Source: Folioceros fuciformis (taxonomy: Eukaryota). Taken from it: a DNA stretch of 64,000 bases. The stretch spans positions 1-64,000 of the forward strand of contig JBNGIO010005690.1 of assembly GCA_049999805.1 (NCBI GenBank). The letters run 5' to 3'. Shown here piece by piece: positions 1 to 12,137 of the stretch. A program made the position numbers and the translations under genes. How positions within the stretch are numbered: the stretch's first letter is position 1; every line of letters begins with the position of its first letter. Below the pieces are notes generated by a model. The model had not been told where the DNA came from. It was given only the letters and a program-made list of their open reading frames with translations, and made no database searches.

Positions 1-1398
1 CCGCTGAATAAGCTACCGTTTTCAGGCCAGGTTCCGGCTGCTGATCCCACTCCTTCCCACCTCTTCTCTATCTTTCCCATTGCTCATGCTCCTCCCCTAG
101 AGGCTGGCTCAGCCACCAAGGGTGAACAGTTGCAGGGGAAGACTTAGTGGGCGACCATCCAGCAAGGAAGAGGCGGCGTCCGCAGGCCTTTGAAGATCAG
201 GCATCCTTCGAAGTCTCTGGATAGTCTAAGAGGTGGTAGATCCTTGTGGTGCTAGGGCCAGCAGCTCATTGGTGGCAGGTTGTGCTAGAAGTCTAAATAN
301 NNNNNNNNNNNNNNNNNNNNNNNNNNNNNNNNNNNNNNNNNNNNNNNNNNNNNNNNNNNNNNNNNNNNNNNNNNNNNNNNNNNNNNNNNNNNNNNNNNNC
401 TATTTTCTTCCCTATTTTTCTGGATTTAATTCCAGAAATTCCATTTCAACTCCGTTTCACCTGCTTTCTTTTCCTCTTAGTTCAGGGCCTTCCTCAGCAC
501 CCTAGGGTCAGTCTTCCATGCTGAGGAACCATTTCGGCTGGGAGCTGATCCCGCTCAATAAGCTACCGTTTTCAGGCCAGGTTCCAGCTGCTGATCCCAC
601 TCCTTCCCACCTCTTCTCTATCTTTCCCATTGCTCATGCTCCTCCCCTAGAGGCTGGCTCAGCCACCAAGGGTGAACAGTTGCAGGGGAAGACTTAGCGG
701 GCGACCATCCAGCAAGGAAGAGGCGGCGTCCGCAGACCTTTGAAGATCAGGCATCCTTCGAAGTCTCTGGATAGTCTAAGAGGTGGTAGATCCTTGTGGT
801 AGGGCCAGCAGCTCATTGGTGGCAGGTTGTGGGTAGTCAGTTGTTTCATAGGAGGATAACACATCTGAATCTCCAAGTATTGCTACAGGAGCGTATGAAG
901 TTTGATCTACAGGCTCACTTGGTTCCAGAAAAGTCACACTACGAGCAAGTACCATAGCATCAATTTGTGGGTTGTACACTCTAAAAGCTTTGACATGCTC
1001 ATTGTAGCCCACAAAAATGAGACCTTGGGCACGAGCATCTAACTTCCTTCATTTTTCAATGGGAATGTAGGCAAATGCCTTCGATCCAAAAATCCTCGAG
1101 TGGAGCAAGCTTGGTCATCTGTGCCAAAACACCTCATATGGAGTCTTTTGAGGAACAGAGATGGTAAGAACCCTGTTCAATATGTAGGTTGCTGTGATAA
1201 TCACCTTTGCCTAATATCCCTGAGGTAGACTTGCCCAAATCAGCATGCTTCTCGTCATCCCAAGTAGAGTTTGGTTTTTCCTTTCTGAAACACTGTTTTG
1301 TTGTGGCGTGTAAGGTACAGTCAACTGACAAAGGATCCTATGCTCTTGAAGCAATTCATCAAAAGATGAATTTAAAAACTTTGATCCATTGTCTGTCC

Positions 1399-1527
1399 CT
1401 AGAATCTTGAGGAGCATGCCTTAGAATCTTGAGGAGCATCCTTAGAATCTTGAGGAGCATCCTTAGAATCTTGAGGAGCATGCCTTAGAATTTTGAGGAG
1501 CATCCTTAGAATCTTGAGGAGCATCTT
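1399..1527. repeat. Tandem repeat, ~21-22 bp unit (ccttagaatcttgaggagcat), about 6 copies, inside the integrase
   Basis: Directly visible near-perfect copies. Confidence 0.95.
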
Positions 1528-4412
1528 TGAGCAGTAAATAGCTAGTCCTTAAAACAGTTGAATGTGTCTCTCTTCAAATGTGTAGGAAAAGTCCATGTGT
1601 AACGACTGTAGTCATCAGTTAGGGTAAAGAAATATTATGAGCCACCTAAAGATGGTTCTTGGATTTTTCCTGATATGTCTGCATGTACTAACTCCAGAAC
1701 TTGTGTGGCTTTGTGTGCAGGAGTATTAGGAAATGGGGATTCCTTTTGCTTAGCCAAAATACAAGATTCACAAGCTGGTAGGTACTTGAAACATTTGGGA
1801 AGTAGCTCTCTATGACATTCCATAGGTGACATGTTAATCAACTTGGACCTATTTACGTGACCTAGTTTGGCATCCCACAGCATTGCCTCTTGCGTAGCAC
1901 TTACTGAATTTCTTCAAGTGGAATGTGCAACATGTTTAAGGGCAAACGCTTGACTACAAGTAATGTTCAATATATACAAATCATGGTCTAAGATGCCTTT
2001 AAAAACACAGACATCTGGATATTCTTGTCTGTAGAAGGAGTAATGATTAGAATCAGGACGCATATAAAAGGTATGTAAACGCAGTAGTTGGCTCATGGAG
2101 TTGGCATAAGATTTTTAGCCATATTTGGCACATACAAGACATCTTCTAACCTAAGGTCTGTGTTGTCTTACAGTCTAAAAATACAAGTACCTCTGCCTTC
2201 AACCTGTAAGTTGATTGTACTCTACTCATCGCCAAGCAAAACCTTGTCATGGACATGACCAAGGTCAAGGGTAGCTAACGAATCTCTATCTTTATAGATA
2301 TGGGTGGGGGCTCTGGAATCGAGGTACTAGCTGCCATCATCGTGTAGAGAACTGGAAAGGCATACAATGAGTATCTTTACTGGTGCCTTAGTATCTCCAA
2401 AACTCTTTCCTTTGACGGCAGAATTTACTTTGGGTTGTCGTTGTGGCACTCCTGCCTTTTTCTTATGGCATTCTTTTGCCCAATGGCTAGGAATACCACA
2501 CCAATTACATGTGCCTGGCCGTTTAAGAGAAGAAGAGGTGTTGGCGGAATTAGTTCATTGTCCAGCATAAGCTCCAGATTGATTTCCCCCTTTAAATTTG
2601 GCCTTGCCTTTGAAGGGGCGAGAATTCACAGCTAAAACTTTCTCAGCTCTGCTCTTGAGCAACTCTTGAGAGAATGCGGACTTGTTCCTTCTGATAAAGT
2701 GCTCTAGTGATATCCTCAACAATGAGGGTAGTAGTGGCAACAGTTCTCTTAGCCTAGATAGGTCTGTCTTGGCTTGTGACAAAGTTGTGGTTTAAAGGTG
2801 GGAGACTAATGAGGAGTCAGGATACAGCCTCGACTTCTGGCATCTTGTGACCAGTTAGCAACGTGATCTGGGCTCTCAGATGTCAAAACTTGCTGGTATG
2901 TGCAGCAATCTTCTCTCCCTCCTTCATTTTCAATGAGTAGAATTCCATACGTACAGCCGAGAGGGACATCATATAGTGGAGTGATAAGTTTTCTCCAATT
3001 GATCCCAAATCTCCTTTGTTGTTCCTAGGAATTCTATATCGGGTACCAAGTCGGCATCTAGGCCGTTGATAAGAAGGGCCATAGCCACACCATTATAGTA
3101 TTCCCACTTGGCATAATCGTTAGGATCTATGCTGGGATCTGGTTTCTAATAAGAGCCATCAACACTGGACCAAACTCCTCAAGCAAATATAATGGCTTTG
3201 ATCCTGATTCGTCAAATGAGGTAACCAGTTCCCTTAAAATGATCTTTTTCCTTTAGTTCAGAGTTAAACGAGGCTGAAGGTTGATTTGAACCCATGCTTA
3301 CGTTTGATTGCAGGCAAAGATGGCTAAACTGATGAACTACTGCATTCAACTGAGTACCAACGGACATGGACAATTAAGTGACTACAAGAATCTATGGTTC
3401 CTCAAGGATAGATAAGTGGCCATCTTGTGCGTACTCAATTACTAGCCTGCAGCTTAGAGATTGGTTAAGACAACCTGTGTGCTAAACACCCTGAGCAAAT
3501 CACTTAGCCATAAAAAACCGATTTCAACAGCATAACCCTAAAAACTCATGTTGTTTCAAGGAAACGTGAATTAGGGTTTGTGAAACTAAACGTCGTGTCC
3601 TTGCAATGCAGATGGATGCTGACAGGTGGACCAATCAGATGCAAACAAGATTTACAATGCAAACAATGCGTGTTGTCTTGCGACGCTTCAAATCTTGGTA
3701 TGGATTGCTCCTGTGCCAGGACTGCTCCTCTCAATCGCAGCGGAAGTGCTCAAGAAAGATGGTTCTGCTGATCCACAACTGAATGAGGGCCGTCAGTTAC
3801 AAATTCTTGTAGCCTAAAGTTTATTTGTTGAAGAAGATTAATCAAGTAGTTGATGCCTTGCTTATTTTCTTATTTGCTTTCTGAAATTGCACGATTTATG
3901 TTGGAATTTAGGTTGTCAATTCTGCTCCTAATAAGCTCTGATTTGAGATCGCTAGAGACAGTACCTTCTCCACACAAATTAGGGTTACAAGTGCTCTATC
4001 ACCAGTGTTGTTTTTGAATTGTGTGAAATCATTGATAGTGTTGTTCTGTTGTTGTGGTACAGATTGCCTTAGACATGAAGAAGAAGCTTCAGGTCTAAGT
4101 TTGAATAACAAATCTGGATGTTGTCCTCTCCTACGATAGCCCTCCTTATAGATGTGATTAATTTCTTGAGTCCTTTGAGGAATAGGAGCCAATCTAGGAG
4201 TTTTGCTGCGTTGAGGCATAACGCAATTTGGCCAGAAGACAGGGTGGTCGTGATCATAGAGGTTTAGCAACATGTCAAGAGGCAAGGTTGTTGTTTGTCT
4301 TTGTGGATGACCTCCATGACTATAATGTCTTGAAGGCTCGCCACGCCGACTACCTCTAGATCCACCCTGTCTCAGCATGATTAGGAACTCTTAGCATAGA
4401 AAGACAAAACAT

Positions 4413-4425
4413 GGCTCTGATACCA
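4413..4425 (-). promoter_or_regulatory. Primer-binding site (initiator tRNA-Met type) of the copia element
   Basis: The minus strand reads TGGTATCAGAGCC, directly preceded by CA (plus-strand tg at 4426), which is the canonical LTR-end/PBS junction. The far end of the LTR was not determined. Confidence 0.85.
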
Positions 4426-5094
4426 TGTGAAAAAATATGATACCATGTGAAAAAATAGAGCAGGAGCGAAAAAATGCAAAACTCTCATAGTTAGATTAAA
4501 TTATCCGTGCGAGAAGAAATGTTTAAATACTGTCTACGCATCAACTTAAAGATATGAACCTAAATCATATGTCCTTTAATATCATTTATGCTATGGATAA
4601 GTTCACCTAACGATAACCTAACCTAACAACACAAACCCTATGATAAAATAACAAGTAAAGAAATCACAATCACCTTACTTAGATGTGAGAATTTGTGTTA
4701 GCGCTATGTTATTTCACAACGATGCTATTATTGTGTTATTTCACAACTGTGTTATTACTATGTTATTTCGCAATACTATTATTGCCATGTCATTTCACAA
4801 AAGTGGTTTTTCATAGTAAATTTACTAAAAGCTACTTTTAAATATATAACTTCTTGTTTTATCAATCCTTGGCCTTTGAAAATGTATTATTAGCCTTGAA
4901 ATTTTAATTTTCTCGATCTGAGTTCTTGGATTTTGAATATTTCTACACCAAGAAAGGAGTTCTATAAATGTGTCACCAACCCTACTTACTACCTAGTCTT
5001 CAAACAAATTCAACTTTTGGTATCCTTTACTATATTTTCACCGAGTACCCAGTGACTTTTTAACTGTGAAGTCATAACATTTGTTGTGGTGAAA

Positions 5095-5382
5095 ATGATG
5101 TTACTCAAAAGGATTTTGAAGAAGTTAATGAAGAAGTCAAGCTTGATTTCTCACAAGGATACATTTCCGCCGTTAGAATCCGTTGCGGAGACAGATGGAA
5201 CTCATGTTCCTATTATTGGTGCTTTAATACATAAGATCTTCTCTATGCAGCTTAAACAGTCAAAAACCTTTAGCAATCTTAAGATGCTAGATCAGGAGCT
5301 TATGAAAACCAATGATGTGGAGCAGTGTGAGAAAAACACTTGTGTGGCTAGCATTGCTCTTAACTATTATGGCTCATTTTAG
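5095..5382 (+). CDS. Small orphan protein (~95 aa), paralog A
   Basis: ATG at 5095 with TATAAAT ~130 bp upstream. Roughly half the residues are identical to the 6606-6896 ORF, with the same IALNYYGSF-stop end. Confidence 0.55.
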   Translation: MMLLKRILKKLMKKSSLISHKDTFPPLESVAETDGTHVPIIGALIHKIFSMQLKQSKTFSNLKMLDQELMKTNDVEQCEKNTCVASIALNYYGSF

Positions 5383-6605
5383 AGAGGAAACCTTAGCATG
5401 CCCAATGGCAATCTAAAGAATTCTTAAGCTATGGCTTATTTTTTAGTGGAAACCTCAACATGCATAGGGTACAACTTAAAATTCTTCAACTTTTTTTTGA
5501 GAAGCTCACATTATAAGTTTTCATTTCATAAAATGAATTCATTGGGCAAAACAAAAGAAGAGAATAAGTTACAGTCATATTCTTAAATCAGGAGATAGAA
5601 AACTCTTCACTTGGATAAGAAGAATATAAATGCACACTCATATTGATTTTTTTTCTCTGGCAATGATGAATTCGTAATTTTTTATTCCTTCTTGTATCCT
5701 TGAATAAATTCTCATACTTCCTATTTGAAATGAAGTTTCTCCACAACATCATTATGCTACTAATGTCTATTTAACTTCTAAGCTGTGCTACTCATTTTCT
5801 CTTCCTCCATCTTTGAAATCACAATTTATACCGTTAGCGTGAATCTTCATCCTAACACGCATCTTTTAAGGCATGATTCATGACACATGACCCTCAACAT
5901 TGCGAAAAGGTATGTTCAAAGGAAACTAGGCACCAAGAAGTGGGCAGCGGCAAATGCCTTCTAAAGGACAAAAGAGATAGCCCAAGTAGTAATTGCTAGA
6001 TAGTATTGATTTCTAAAAGTGAATGAGCAAGCTCATGCAAAGTGTTCTTATGAGAAATGAAACACCATGTCCTACTCTCTCTTGTCTCAGCAAGTCCTTA
6101 TGCTCGACGAATGTGGAAGCCTATAAGATGTCCAAGAAGCCCTTTATTTTGTGTTTTATGTGTTTTGGGATCTGATATGTATTTAGTGAGTTAAGTGAGA
6201 AGCATCAATATGGTGAATGTACAATAAGGGTGGGATAGACCACTTGGGTAGGAAGTTGAGTCTTTCCTTGAAATACTTGTCCGCCGATGTAGAAGAAGAG
6301 CGAAGTTCCATTGTGCAAATAAGCTTCGTCTACACATGATCTTAATTGAATGTTTTAGTGGTTAAAATATCTTTTGACTAAAATAAAACTTCCAAGACTT
6401 TCCTTGACCTTTGAAAATTAGTAGACCTCTTTGATTTTGAATATCCCTACATAAATTAAGGACTATACATTTGCTTTTTTCCTTGGATTTTGAATATCTC
6501 TACACTAATAGAGGACTATAAATGAGCCACCAATCATATGTTTTTTTTCAAAAGAATTCAAGCTTCTTGATTAGCTAGTGAACTTTTGACTAAGAAGTCA
6601 AAAAG

Positions 6606-6896
6606 ATGTCTGTGAATAGGTTTTCTAAGAAGCTGATGAAGAAATCAGGGTTGATTTTTGAAGAGGATACATTGCCATTATTGACTCCCATGAAATATGA
6701 TGCGAAGGCAAATAACATTTCTCTCCACGTTGCTACTTTGACTTGTAGCTTGTTTTCCATGTCGCTTAAAAAGTCAAAGAGTGTTAGCAACGTTAAGATT
6801 CTAGATAAGAAGGTTTTGAAAACATGTGATATAGAGCATAGTGAGAAAAGTACTTGTGTGGGTAACATCGCCCTCAACTATTATGGTTCATTTTAA
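6606..6896 (+). CDS. Small orphan protein (96 aa), paralog B
   Basis: Upstream TATAAAT at ~6516. Shares KKLMKKS, FSM.LK.SK, EK.TCV and IALNYYGSF with paralog A. Confidence 0.55.
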   Translation: MSVNRFSKKLMKKSGLIFEEDTLPLLTPMKYDAKANNISLHVATLTCSLFSMSLKKSKSVSNVKILDKKVLKTCDIEHSEKSTCVGNIALNYYGSF

Positions 6897-8689
6897 TGAG
6901 GAGAAAACCTGAAGGTTAATGCACGAGTTGCATACTCAAAAATCCTTTAACGACACTTGCCCAAAGATCATGTTAGAGGTTTCCAATTTCGTAAGATCCT
7001 TTGATTGGCTGACAAGGAAGCATAAGCTATTGGGTTAGTGGAGATAAAATTCTTCAATTAAAGATAGTACTTGCAAGAACAATATATATATCAATAGTCT
7101 TTTTAAAATAATAATAATATATTTATAATTTCTTTTCCTTCTAAAGTATCCTTGAATAGAAATCTATACTTCTTATTTGAAATGAAGTTTCTTCGCTTAA
7201 CTTGTTAGTTGTGCTTCTCGTTTCCTCTTCCTCCAACCTCACAACCACAATTTATAGGCCTAGCTTGGATATCGATCGTAACGCACCCCTATAAGGAGTG
7301 CTTCGAAATACTTTGCTTGAAACATGACAAAAGGATGTGTTGAAAGGAATCCAAGCTGATAAAAGACAAATGGACTAATAAAAGGAACCTAAGCAAATTT
7401 CCATGGACACATACAAACTTTGCTAGCAAGGAACTTATGGCCGTGCATGCAAAAAATGATGTCACATGCAGTGGGCGTAGGCAAGTTTATTACACAAAGC
7501 TTCCTGTGAAGAACAACGCCACTTCCCTAAACCATACTTGCTATTCAACACATTTCAAGTCTCAAAGGCTTTCTTCAGTTTTGGGTCTCGGAGGTGATCG
7601 GTTGTACGTCTTTGGGCCACTGCGATCGTACATCTCCAGATGACCTCATGCCTACTCCTACGAGAGTCATCTATATGGAGGAAAGCAACACTAGTAATCC
7701 AAAGACTAGTGAATGAGAAACACAACCAACATTTGAATCCTGATAAGGGGAGGAGATGTTGATCATGCAGTCTCACTACTGATTATCTATTGAATCCAAC
7801 CTGTTAAAAAGCTGACAGACGTTTAATTAAGAGGGAGATCTAGAAGGCGGGCGTAACAACGTTTCCTTAACGGCAGGACGTCGCAAGACAATTTTGGAGC
7901 TTGACTGTCGTATCGTCTCTACCTTCGGGAGCGTCTGCCCTGTAAGAAGGTAGAAACGAACTCGCTTTAATCGGGCATCCATTTGGAAGAACGAAGTTCT
8001 CTCTCCTCACTTGGCACGCCCATGGTCGGCTGCTTTTCGAGTGTAGAGGGCCTGACAGGGCCATGTCGTGGCTGGTTTACGTGTGCGCAAAGGTCAGGAG
8101 CTCTCGATGGTGGTACTGGTGTGCGTGTGTTGGTCCCATGCTTCTCCACCCTCTGCACAAGAGTACTGTGGAAGGTCATGCTTCTCCACAGTACCAGGTG
8201 GTGCAATCGAGATAGATTGGTAATGTAGGTGAAGCATGTATACATCTAAGCCGTTGAGGAGGATAGATGTCCAGATCAAACGAGGAGCAACAAATTCAGC
8301 CACAGCATTCAGAGGGTATGTCTAGTAGCTTGTCGTAAAGGGCTGGCAACGTTTCGCGGGTTTGCAACCAGACATGTGGTCTCATATGAGGGCGCAGAGA
8401 TCACGTTGGCACTACCAAACTATGTAGACAGTGCAACATATCTTGTCACCTCATCTCCTCTAAAAGGAATCTATGCATATTGGCTTAGTCACCAGTCAAG
8501 GTGTATGTATAACTGTCTGCAAGCTTGCGGTTGGCTCTCAAAGTTTCCTGTTAGAATCTGATGCCCATCCGGAGTTCCCCAGTCACATGTAGCCTGTATG
8601 CTCAACTACTTCAGCTGCGTCACGAGCATCAGGTCTACAACCTCTTGAACACTTCATGTAGAGCTAACCGATCAGTAACGGTTCAGCAG

Positions 8690-8850
8690 AAAGGCACAAA
8701 AGTCGAGCTTTTCCACAAAGGTTGTTCACGTGCAAGTCTGGCAGGGCTGGTTGCATTTATGTTGGCCTGGATTGAGTCTGTGTTACAAAAACTAGGACGG
8801 TTCAAGCTGGAAAGATGGGCATGCCACGGTTTACGTCAATGTGGAAGCGA
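8690..8850 (+). pseudogene. Degenerate copy of alpha-expansin exon 1
   Basis: ggttcaagctggaaagatgggcatgccac (~8799) matches ggttcaagctggcaggatgggcatgccac (~10523). The signal-peptide region is also similar but frameshifted, and no exons 2-3 follow. Confidence 0.75.
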
Positions 8851-8865
8851 TAGGATGTGATTAAG

Positions 8866-8935
8866 GGTTTAGGGACACGGTTTAGGGACACGGTGTCCGT
8901 TTGACACGGTTTAGGGACACGGTGTCCGTTTGACT
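8866..8935. repeat. Short nested tandem repeat (gtttagggacacg / gtgtccgtttgac units)
   Basis: Visible repeated units. Confidence 0.8.
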
Positions 8936-9207
8936 GATCCCCTATAGGGACATCAATCAGGCGCCTGCCGAAGAATTGCCGCAGGCTCAGATTTTCTTTG
9001 AATGTGAACTTGCTGGGCAGGGATGCCTCTCTTGCAGGTTCTAAACTTCACAGAAAGAACTCATTGCTCAAGAGTCATGGCCTACTAGATCGTCACAGCC
9101 CCGAAAGTTCCACACTGTGAAACGTGTAGCAGGAGCGATCCTACAAACAGGATGCACCAAGTGACATCGTTAGAACTGTTTGGGTCGGTTAAATAGTACA
9201 GTACGCA

Positions 9208-9305
9208 CTTGCTATGCTGGTGATGAGAGAACCTGAAGACTTGCTATGCTGGTGATGAGAGAACCTGAAGACTTGCTATGCTGGTGATGAGAGAATCTGA
9301 AGACT
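9208..9305. repeat. Tandem repeat, ~32 bp x3 (cttgctatgctggtgatgagagaacctgaaga)
   Basis: Three near-identical copies. Confidence 0.92.
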
Positions 9306-10432
9306 TTATAGAAAAAAAAAGATCAAAATTCCATGTACCCCGTGACAAGGGGAACAACCGCAACGGGAAAAGCCAAGAATGGGGCCTAACCCCCTCGTCC
9401 GTCTTACCTGTAACTCCCTATCGCCGTAGCCTACTTACCACCGGGGCTGAGGGTGATGAGGGCACCCGGTTCCAAAGCCTTGAATTCTACAGATAGCAGA
9501 GATCACGTTGGCTCTGACTCCTAACAATGTCAAGATGACAGGCTTTTGAACTGCACTTGGTTGGAAGCCGAAATCACCCTTCAGTTGCGCATCCTCCTCA
9601 CCTCCCACACTTTATCCGGCATAATCGGTTAGCGCGACACTTCAGAAAGATGCCGCGATCAAAGCTATGGTCATCAGGGCGTTCGTTGAGGGGAGATGTT
9701 CGCCATTGAGGCCGTCATGAAACAAACAGTCTGAGTTTTGTTCCGATTGGAGGAGTCGTCTCTCGTCATTATCACGCGCAGAGGCTTCCATGTGGGAAGG
9801 CCTGCTGGTGTGCAGGCGGTGCAAAGGGTTGGTGTTGATGGTGATTGGAAGATGCAGTATGTCGTGGGCTCATGCCCCTCAGCCACTCCACGAAGTGGTT
9901 GTGGGAAGGGGTGCAACATGCGTGATGGAGACATCCTTGATGCAATGACTTTGTAACCAGCTGCAGAGAAGCGCTGGATCATCAAACAATGCGGAGTTTC
10001 AAAGCTAGTTGCTACCATTTCAAGGGGAGAGCAAATGCCTGGTACAGACATAGCACGTTTGGATGGGGGACAACCAGACACGTTGTTCCAAATCCGAGGC
10101 AGAGATGTTGTTCGGTGTCACAGGCACCGATGATGGGAACGTGCAGCGCAGCAGACACCGCATCTTGTGCCTACATATTGTGTCATGTTCCATCTGCACG
10201 ACCCACATTCAACCCCTGCTTCGTGCACATCTGGAGTCTCTCGCGATTAAGTGCTTCCAATTTCAGTCCTTGCAAGACTTTGCTGGCAGACCTTAAGGCC
10301 CATCATCTGCTTGCTGTTTTCCACTTTGCCCTTGTCTTGTGTCCCGAGTGTATCTCGTTGGATCAGGTGTAGGCTTGATTGCTGAAGTTGTTCTCAATCA
10401 AGTGGATCACATTCAAATCCTGTACAACCAGA

Positions 10433-11401
10433 ATGGCACGACAGTCGAGAGTACTAGGTGTAGCAATGGCTGTGATTGCATTCATGTCCGCATGGCTAAA
10501 GTCTGTGTCAGGAGCCTACGCTGGTTCAAGCTGGCAGGATGGGCATGCCACATTTTACGGAGGGAGTGATGCTTCTGGTACCATGGGTAAGCGTCTGCGC
10601 GGTGCCCAGGGTCCTAGGATCGGATTGCATTTGCGGGATTTCATTTGCCTTGAGAAACAGATTGAAGGTGGATGTGAATTGCTTTGCAGGCGGCGCATGT
10701 GGCTACAGCAACTTGTACAGCCAAGGCTATGGACTTGCCACAGCAGCATTGAGCACATCACTCTTCAACGACGGGCTGTCCTGTGGCGCTTGCTTTGAGA
10801 TCAAGTGCAACCAACCGGAATGGTGTGTTGCGGGAGCATCAAGCATCGTCGTCACCGCCACTAACCTGTGCCCCCCCAACCCTTCTCTCCCCAACGACAA
10901 TGGAGGCTGGTGCAATGAGCCCCTCCAGCATTTCGACATGTCACAGCCAGCCTTCCTGACAATCGCACAGTACAAAGCCGGCATTGTTCCCGTCTTCTAC
11001 CGCAGGTAACAGTTTCTCCAAATTCTACCTCATGCTGAGCCATGCTGAGACAGCAAAGCAGTTGTCAAACTGAACTTCCTTCCGCCTATAGGGTTTCCTG
11101 CATCAAGAAAGGAGGCGTTCGCTTCACCGTGAATGGGCACTCTTACTTCAACCTGGTACTGGTGAGCAATGTGGGGGGAGCCGGTGATGTTCACGCTGTG
11201 TCCATCAAGAGCTTAAACACCGGCTGGGAGCCCGTGTCTCGAAACTGGGGGCAGAACTGGCAGAGCAATTCCAAGCTGGACGGGCAGAGTCTTTCCTTCC
11301 AAGTCACCACAAGCGATGGCCAGACCCTCACGTTCTACGATGTAGCTCCCAACAACTGGACCTTTGGACAGACTTTTGAAGGAGACAGCAACTTCCAGTA
11401 G
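10433..11401 (+). CDS. EXPA: Alpha-expansin; exons 10433-10586, 10690-11005, 11092-11401
   Basis: Signal peptide, [50 protein letters not shown] motif, [19 protein letters not shown] and RNWGQNWQS; two GT-AG introns at the usual EXPA positions. Confidence 0.97.
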
Positions 11402-12137
11402 ACTGGCCTCATCAGATATCCTCCGTCAGATGTACATACCTGGAGACGGGAGCTGGAACATCCAACAATGGGCTCTTGATCAAATCCTGTCTCGAACATC
11501 CAACCATCGACTCTTGACAAATGTAACAACACGAGGTTGCCAGTCTCACATACTTGGCAGGAGACAGCCCACAAATAGAAGGCTATCTTCAACTGTACAT
11601 TATATCCAATAGCATAGAGTCATAGAAGATGCTGTAGGGAACCTGAAGTTGAGTCGCTGCTGAGGTTCAGGATTTGGACAGCCACTACCAAGACACATGT
11701 ACAAACTGTGAACTCCTAAAATAGATCTGCAAAATAGCAGGCAACAATGGGTTGCGTTTGCAAACTGTGCTGTCACATGATGCTTCCTGCAAGCTATACA
11801 GTAACTGTGTTGGAGTAGGGAGTGAGCTTTCAAGGAAATTTAGGCTACTTCAGAAGCAAGCTCGCGAGAAATCGAGAATGTGACTAGGGTCGAGGTACAC
11901 TAGGATAGATTGTAGGCATCTCTTTCTGTCTTCTCAATGCTCGAGTAACTCTTAGTTCGAGTCGTAGCTCAAGTCATTCAGAGCCCAAGATCGTCATCCT
12001 TAAGGACGGTGGTTCAATTCCTAGTGCTGAACAACGAAAGTGCAACTCATCAAGCCTCATTCTTGAAAGTGCATCAAGCAACTCATAAAGCTTAGAAGTT
12101 GCAATTGTCAAGCTTGTCATCAAGCTTCATTCTTGCA

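Larger units (their letters stand above)
1..4425 (-). mobile_element. Degenerate Ty1/copia LTR retrotransposon, internal region (gag, zinc knuckle, protease, integrase; RT would lie left of the window)
   Basis: Minus-strand fragments: gag start ~3295 (MGSNQPS...); zinc knuckle CNWCGIPSHWAKEC ~2467-2510; protease YLDSRAPTH ~2300-2330; GAG-pre-integrase/integrase LWDAKLGH...CESCILAKQ...LELVHADISG (1635-1883), TDNGSKF...PYTPQQNSVSERKNQTL (1211-1417) and GYNEHVKAFRVYNP (776-1012). Copia domain order, with many stops and frameshifts. Confidence 0.92.

Noticed and set aside
1-830. Near-identical ~280-bp blocks at 1-280 and ~552-830 that might be LTRs
   Set aside because: They lie inside the pol region and flank an N gap, so they are more likely an assembly overlap or an internal duplication.
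9208-9305. ~32-bp repeats resembling a CRISPR array
   Set aside because: Head-to-tail with no spacers, no cas genes, and a eukaryotic context.
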